From assembly GCA_963718875.1 (NCBI GenBank), contig OY970378.1:605373-669372 (forward strand): 64,000 nucleotides of DNA, given 5' to 3'. Positions 60,219 through 64,000 of this stretch are shown in pieces. How positions within the stretch are numbered: the first letter of the stretch is position 1; every line of letters starts with the position of its first letter. Both the position numbers and the translations under genes were made by a program. This DNA comes from Candidatus Parcubacteria bacterium (GTDB taxonomy: Bacteria > Patescibacteriota > Saccharimonadia > UBA4664 > JBIOIQ01). The notes under the pieces are model-generated. The model did no database searches, had not been told where the DNA came from, and saw nothing but the letters and a program-made list of their open reading frames with translations.

Positions 60219-60986
60219 TTACCTCAGACTAAAGCGCTTAGTGCGCTGCTCCCTAAATTGCTTCCGATAACCAATATCTGCTGCGTGATAGCCATTGCCA
60301 TATATTACAGCCCAGACAGCGTGCTCTTCAAAATAAAACCAAATCTGTTTGTGCTTACTAACTTTTACGTTACCTCGCAGGGCGGCTATGGCCAGCCATT
60401 GTGACTTCTCCTCAAGTAGAAATAATCTAATTGGGTCTTTGCCAGCAATTGGTGAATTTATCTCGATAACGCAAGTGAAGTTATCGTCTTCTTCATCATC
60501 ATCATAGACTTCAAAGCTTTCAGGTGTATCGAGCATGCCAGTTGAGTAGTCGAGCTCTAATTTAACCCCAAGTGCGTTCCTATGTTTGGCAGTTAGTACT
60601 GTTGTGTAATTGGTGTGGGTGGCGATTAGTCTTTTATCTCGTTTTTCATCAGCTGGAGTATGCACTGGCTGGCCTTTATCTTGTTGCTTTTTAGTTTCGA
60701 TTTTTAGGTTCTTGACATGCTTACCGATAAAATCTTGAGCATTTTTAAATGCCGCTTGATAGCTAGATTCAACTTGTTTTTCGTTATCTGTTTTATCGCG
60801 TATATATGCCGCTTTTGCAAACTTGGGCTGTGGGTCACGACGAATCAACCTGAAGACTGCAACTGTAAGACTGTGTAGGATAACGATTGGTAAGACTATG
60901 ATAACGCAGGCCAGCATGATTGGCACAAACAGAATTAGAAATATTCCAGTTCCGATGCCTTCGATAAGTTTCTTAAGTATATTCAT
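60219..60986 (-). CDS. Hypothetical membrane protein (255 aa)
   Basis: ORF with one N-terminal TM. Confidence 0.35.
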   Translation of the reverse strand: MNILKKLIEGIGTGIFLILFVPIMLACVIIVLPIVILHSLTVAVFRLIRRDPQPKFAKAAYIRDKTDNEKQVESSYQAAFKNAQDFIGKHVKNLKIETKKQQDKGQPVHTPADEKRDKRLIATHTNYTTVLTAKHRNALGVKLELDYSTGMLDTPESFEVYDDDEEDDNFTCVIEINSPIAGKDPIRLFLLEEKSQWLAIAALRGNVKVSKHKQIWFYFEEHAVWAVIYGNGYHAADIGYRKQFREQRTKRFSLR

Positions 60987-61121
60987 GATGTTACATCATT
61001 TGCTTTTACAAAAATACTATTGTAATGCTACACTATTTTGTCGGTTATGTCACATTTTATGTGCACAGTATTTTTGAGGTTATGACTATGTATGCTTTGA
61101 TTGGTGTCTGTTTATTCTAAT

Positions 61122-61196
61122 TGGCAGGGGTACGAGGAGTCGAACCTCAATCTACGGTTTTGGAGACCGTCGTAATGGCCGTTATACCATACCCCT
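61122..61196 (-). tRNA. tRNA-Trp (anticodon CCA)
   Basis: Reverse complement reads AGGGGTA...ACGGT-CTCCAAA-ACCGT...GGTTCGACTCC...TACCCCT-G-CCA. Confidence 0.75.
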
Positions 61197-61247
61197 TCGC
61201 AAGTTTCATTTTGACAAGTTACAGTTTTTAAAATTGAAACCGTTCGA

Positions 61248-61313
61248 TGTCATCCTGAACTTGTTTCAGGATCCACGTCGGTTAGTGGATCCCGGATCAA
61301 GCCCGGGATGACA
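61248..61313. other. Perfect four-way-junction (cloverleaf-like) element: closing stem tgtcat/atgaca enclosing three perfect hairpins (6, 6 and 5 bp)
   Basis: Read directly: tgtcat|cctgaa-cttgt-ttcagg|atccac-gtcggtta-gtggat|cccgg-atcaagc-ccggg|atgaca. No unpaired junction nucleotides. Arm and loop sizes are not canonical tRNA. Confidence 0.6.
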
Positions 61314-61417
61314 GAGAGTATTTTGAATACCTCAATATAAGTTACAAGTATCAATTGTACTTATACGCAAGTAATTATCCAATAGCTTCATAGCCTTATT
61401 GAAAATTGAAACTTAAC

Positions 61418-61431
61418 CCGTCAGCTGACGG
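61418..61431 (-). terminator. Palindrome ccgtcag/ctgacgg just downstream of the rpmG stop
   Basis: 7+7 perfect palindrome. Weak U-tract on the coding strand. Confidence 0.35.
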
Positions 61432-61443
61432 AAATAAAATTTG

Positions 61444-61605
61444 TTACTTGCTTTCGCGATGGGCTAGGACTTTGCTCTCGTGTTTGCAAAATTTTTGTAA
61501 CACTAATCGGTCTGTTGTGTTCTTGGGGTTTTTATTGGTTGTGTAGTTGCGTTGATGGCAACTTTCACACTCAAGGGCTATGAATGGACGGTTTCGTTTA
61601 GGCAT
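61444..61605 (-). CDS. rpmG: Ribosomal protein L33 (53 aa, absent from the ORF track because under 60 codons)
   Basis: Manual translation: MPKRNRPFIALECESCHQRNYTTNKNPKNTTDRLVLQKFCKHESKVLAHRESK, the L33 C4 zinc-ribbon pattern. GAAGGAG RBS 7 nt upstream, inside the 3' end of the pspC-like gene. Confidence 0.8.
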   Translation of the reverse strand: MPKRNRPFIALECESCHQRNYTTNKNPKNTTDRLVLQKFCKHESKVLAHRESK

Positions 61606-61816
61606 GTGATGCTCCTTCGGTGGGAGTAATTAATGAAGTAATAAAATATAACGCAGTGCCAGGAAGTATACCAGATAAGATTATTATTCCAAGTACCAGA
61701 ATGCGGACAATAGTGACATCGATATTAAAATACTCGGCGAGTCCTGCGCATAAGCCAGTTAGCTTACGGTCTTTCTCGCTTCGATATAATCTTTTTATAG
61801 TGTTTCCTTGTTTCAC
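61598..61816 (-). CDS. PspC-domain small membrane protein
   Basis: LYRSEKDRKLTGLCAGLAEYFNIDVTIVRILV is the PspC N-terminal domain signature. 8-nt overlap with rpmG. Confidence 0.6.
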   Translation of the reverse strand: MKQGNTIKRLYRSEKDRKLTGLCAGLAEYFNIDVTIVRILVLGIIILSGILPGTALYFITSLITPTEGASHA

Positions 61817-61857
61817 TTTTTCTAATTTCCTTTAATAGTTTGTGTTGATTATTGCTA

Positions 61858-61932
61858 TGGAGCCCAAGGCGAGGATTGAACTCGCGACCCCTTCCTTACC
61901 ATGGAAGTGCTCTGCCACTGAGCTACTTGGGC
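61858..61932 (-). tRNA. tRNA-Thr (anticodon GGT)
   Basis: Reverse complement reads GCCCAAG-TA-GCTC-AGTGGCA-GAGC...CTTCC-ATGGTAA-GGAAG...GCGAG-TTCAATC-CTCGC-CTTGGGC-T-CCA. Confidence 0.8.
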
Positions 61933-62072
61933 GCAAGAGATTTGTCCTTTACGCACCTTGCTGCGTCAGAGCTTGTGCGCCGCATTCGGCGTACGTTGTA
62001 TAGTACGCCTTATTTACGGTGCTCGCTCTTCCTTGCAAATCATCGCAAAGGACAAATCTCTGTTTACAGTAT

Positions 62073-62157
62073 GGTGCCGGGTGAGAGATTCGAACTCCCG
62101 AAGGCGTAAGCCAGCTGATTTACAGTCAGCCCCCGTTGGCCGCTTGGGTAACCCGGC
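62073..62157 (-). tRNA. tRNA-Tyr (anticodon GTA), long variable arm
   Basis: Reverse complement reads GCCGGGT...CTGACTGTAAATCAG...GGTTCGAATC...ACCCGGC-A-CCA. Confidence 0.8.
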
Positions 62158-62242
62158 ATGGTGCAATTTTCATTTTTTAAAATTTACAATTTTCAGTCTG
62201 CAAAAGAAATGATTGAAACTTAAACAAAAATGAAACTTGCTT

Positions 62243-62319
62243 TGGAGCCGATGGAGGGGCTCGAACCCACGACCTGCTGTTTACAAAACAGCTGCTCTAG
62301 CCAACTGAGCTACATCGGC
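62243..62319 (-). tRNA. tRNA-Thr (anticodon TGT)
   Basis: Reverse complement reads GCCGATG-TA-GCTC-AGTTGGCTA-GAGC...GCTGT-TTTGTAA-ACAGC...GGTTCGAGCCC...CATCGGC-T-CCA. Confidence 0.8.
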
Positions 62320-62480
62320 GTACACAACTTGCTTATCTTATAGTGCGACTGTTGTCCGATGCAGTGGAAATTGTAGCGCAACAAGTATTAAGCTTTTATT
62401 AATGAGTTTCTTAGGTGCGAGCTTAAAAGTGTCGCTTCAACTAAGAAATAATACCATTTATTACTTGTGATGACAACAAT

Positions 62481-63113
62481 CTAAAGCGTTTTTTCCGTCG
62501 TTTTCGAAAGCTGAAGTTGCAACGAACGAGCTTTTTCAATATTTTTGGAGCCGTGGTATGCGACAAGAAGAGCTTGTTGATTATGTCGGTTAGGGTCGAT
62601 TTCTACAGCTTTTTCGAAGGCATGGACGGCGTTAGGCCAGTCAATTTTACGTTGATATGCTTTAGCGAGGCCTATGTAGCGGTTAGCGGATGGCTCTATG
62701 GTTATTGACTCATTAAAGGCGTTAATGGCTTTGCTGTAATTTTTGTTCTCATAATAAGCCGATCCTAAATTGAAGTATGTTGATGCGTTTGGGTCTAACT
62801 GTACTGTAATTTGGCAGCATTCTATAGCATCTGGTAGGTTTCTAAGCCACAAATAAATCCTTCCTAGCCGGTTATAGGCAATGACATTCTTGTGATCAAG
62901 TTTAATTACTTCCAAATATGCTTTTTCGGCTGCTAGGTATTTGCGCTCAGCGTATAACCTGGCGGCATAGGAAATAGCTATTTCAAGCTTAGGATTGAGT
63001 TTTTTGGGCTGCTTGGGTGGCTTTGAAGCTGACCTGGCTAGTTTGCGAATACTCTGATAAGTCAATGCTACGCATATAATAAAAAAGGCTGGTATAAGTA
63101 AAATATTTGGCAT
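62481..63113 (-). CDS. TPR-repeat protein with N-terminal TM
   Basis: About 4 TPR units (AYNRLGRIYLW..., YFNLGSAYYENKNYSKAINAFNESI..., YIGLAKAY...AVHAFEKAVEIDP). Confidence 0.6.
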   Translation of the reverse strand: MPNILLIPAFFIICVALTYQSIRKLARSASKPPKQPKKLNPKLEIAISYAARLYAERKYLAAEKAYLEVIKLDHKNVIAYNRLGRIYLWLRNLPDAIECCQITVQLDPNASTYFNLGSAYYENKNYSKAINAFNESITIEPSANRYIGLAKAYQRKIDWPNAVHAFEKAVEIDPNRHNQQALLVAYHGSKNIEKARSLQLQLSKTTEKTL

Positions 63114-63115
63114 TG

Positions 63116-64000
63116 TTAGTTTAACTCCAAAGCAAAAGCGCTCAAGGCGGTTTTGGGAGCTACGTTAGCTTCTAGGTGCTGGCTTAGGCGCATGCTGGCT
63201 CTCATGGCGCGGGTGGTTATTTCTATTTGGTTGGTGTCAGATGTTTTTATATGTACCCTTAGAGCTCGTCTAAGGTTCTGCTGCATCACTTCATTGAGAA
63301 AAACAATTGAGAGGGTTTTAGCCTCAGTAATTTGAGCGGCCAATTTTAGGCGTTCAAATAAAGGCTCGAATAAAAGTTGCTGTGCAAGCAATGAGGTTTC
63401 TTGGTAGTGTCGTATTGTTTCAGGCTCAGCTGTGAGTCGTATTGCCAAGCCGATTTTCCCGGATGCTATTTCTGCAGCTAACTGGACCTGGTCGTGAGAA
63501 ATTTCATTCAGCGAGGACAGGTGGTCCAGTACGGCTTTATTAGCGACCTGGAAGAATCTAATTACTTGGCTACGTGAAAGTAGTGTTGTTAATAACGACT
63601 TGGGGGAAGTTACTAACAAAATAATTATAGTGTCAGGTGGCGGCTCCTCGGCGCACTTTAATAGTGCACTTTGAGCCTCATGAGTAAGAGAATCAGCCAT
63701 ATCTATGACGATTGTGCGTTTCCCTAGGTTATCGTGCCTACTACGATTGAGCCGTTTTTGGAGTGCCTGGATTTGAGCAATGCCAATGGTGTCTTTTTCT
63801 GGCGATATTACTATAAGGTCAGGATAGGTATTTGCGTCGATTTGTATACAACGTGAGCATACGCCAGTGGCATCATAGTGGCCATGCCAGGACTTAGAAA
63901 GCCACTTGGCAGCAGTCATTTTTCCAATACCAGTGGGTCCATCGAATACGTATGTTCCTTTGGGGTTTTTGCTGGCGGACGTTAAAACAACTTCGGTCTG
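63116..64000 (-). CDS. holB: DNA polymerase III delta' subunit (5' end outside window)
   Basis: LLKCAEEPP box. In-frame upstream sequence FDGPTGIGK (Walker A) runs to the window edge. Confidence 0.75.
   Translation of the reverse strand, partial: QTEVVLTSASKNPKGTYVFDGPTGIGKMTAAKWLSKSWHGHYDATGVCSRCIQIDANTYPDLIVISPEKDTIGIAQIQALQKRLNRSRHDNLGKRTIVIDMADSLTHEAQSALLKCAEEPPPDTIIILLVTSPKSLLTTLLSRSQVIRFFQVANKAVLDHLSSLNEISHDQVQLAAEIASGKIGLAIRLTAEPETIRHYQETSLLAQQLLFEPLFERLKLAAQITEAKTLSIVFLNEVMQQNLRRALRVHIKTSDTNQIEITTRAMRASMRLSQHLEANVAPKTALSAFALELN

Overview
This window reads as a low-GC bacterial chromosome segment (roughly 40-45% GC by eye). It has a reduced, Gram-positive-like gene set: sortase, PEGA, archaeal-type AspRS, many small hypothetical proteins, and strong AGGAG-type ribosome-binding sites. 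That is compatible with a CPR/Patescibacteria (perhaps Saccharibacteria-like) genome, but this is inference only.

Backbone content:
- A complete F0F1 ATP synthase operon, atpB(partial)-E-F-H-A-G-D-C, at 1-6384.
- gltX and cysS.
- Cell-envelope genes: RlpA-like, DUF3048, WecB/TagA glycosyltransferase, O-antigen-ligase-like, mreB, a PEGA protein and a sortase.
- Replication and repair genes: a RecD-like helicase with a divergent HD hydrolase, dnaB, dnaX, ybaB, recR, an NrnA-like DHH protein, and holB (5' end outside the window).
- A thymidylate block: thyA, folA, two HIT paralogs, a dCMP deaminase and a cytidylyltransferase-like gene.
- A fragmented 'rif' neighbourhood on the minus strand: tRNA-Thr/Tyr/Thr, pspC-like, rpmG, tRNA-Trp, then secE-nusG-rplK-rplA, then rplJ-rplL.
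- Six tRNAs: Leu-CAA, Gln-TTG, Trp-CCA, Thr-GGT, Tyr-GTA, Thr-TGT.

Signals outside the backbone:
1. Two ~300-nt homologous non-coding direct repeats (37203-37560 and 42296-42597) bracket a four-gene glycosylation cassette (GT39-like, GT2 Dpm1-like, GT-C-like, GtrA-like).
2. Three single-gene high-GC islands (~23865-24360, ~49905-50640, ~54600-55345). One encodes a diverged HIT paralog sitting directly beside its native low-GC homolog.
3. The last ~15 nt of the tRNA-Leu 3' end is repeated exactly 100 nt downstream.
4. Two disrupted genes lie within 4.5 kb of each other: a thermonuclease with a -1 frameshift in a C-run, and a uridine-kinase-like gene with an in-frame TAA.
5. A ~66-nt perfect four-way-junction element with 11-nt flanking direct repeats sits between rpmG and tRNA-Trp.
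6. Several perfect palindromes lie in divergent promoter regions.
7. Two paralogous proteins share a zinc-ribbon, Pro/Thr-rich linker, and transmembrane architecture.

No CRISPR array, integrase or transposase was seen.
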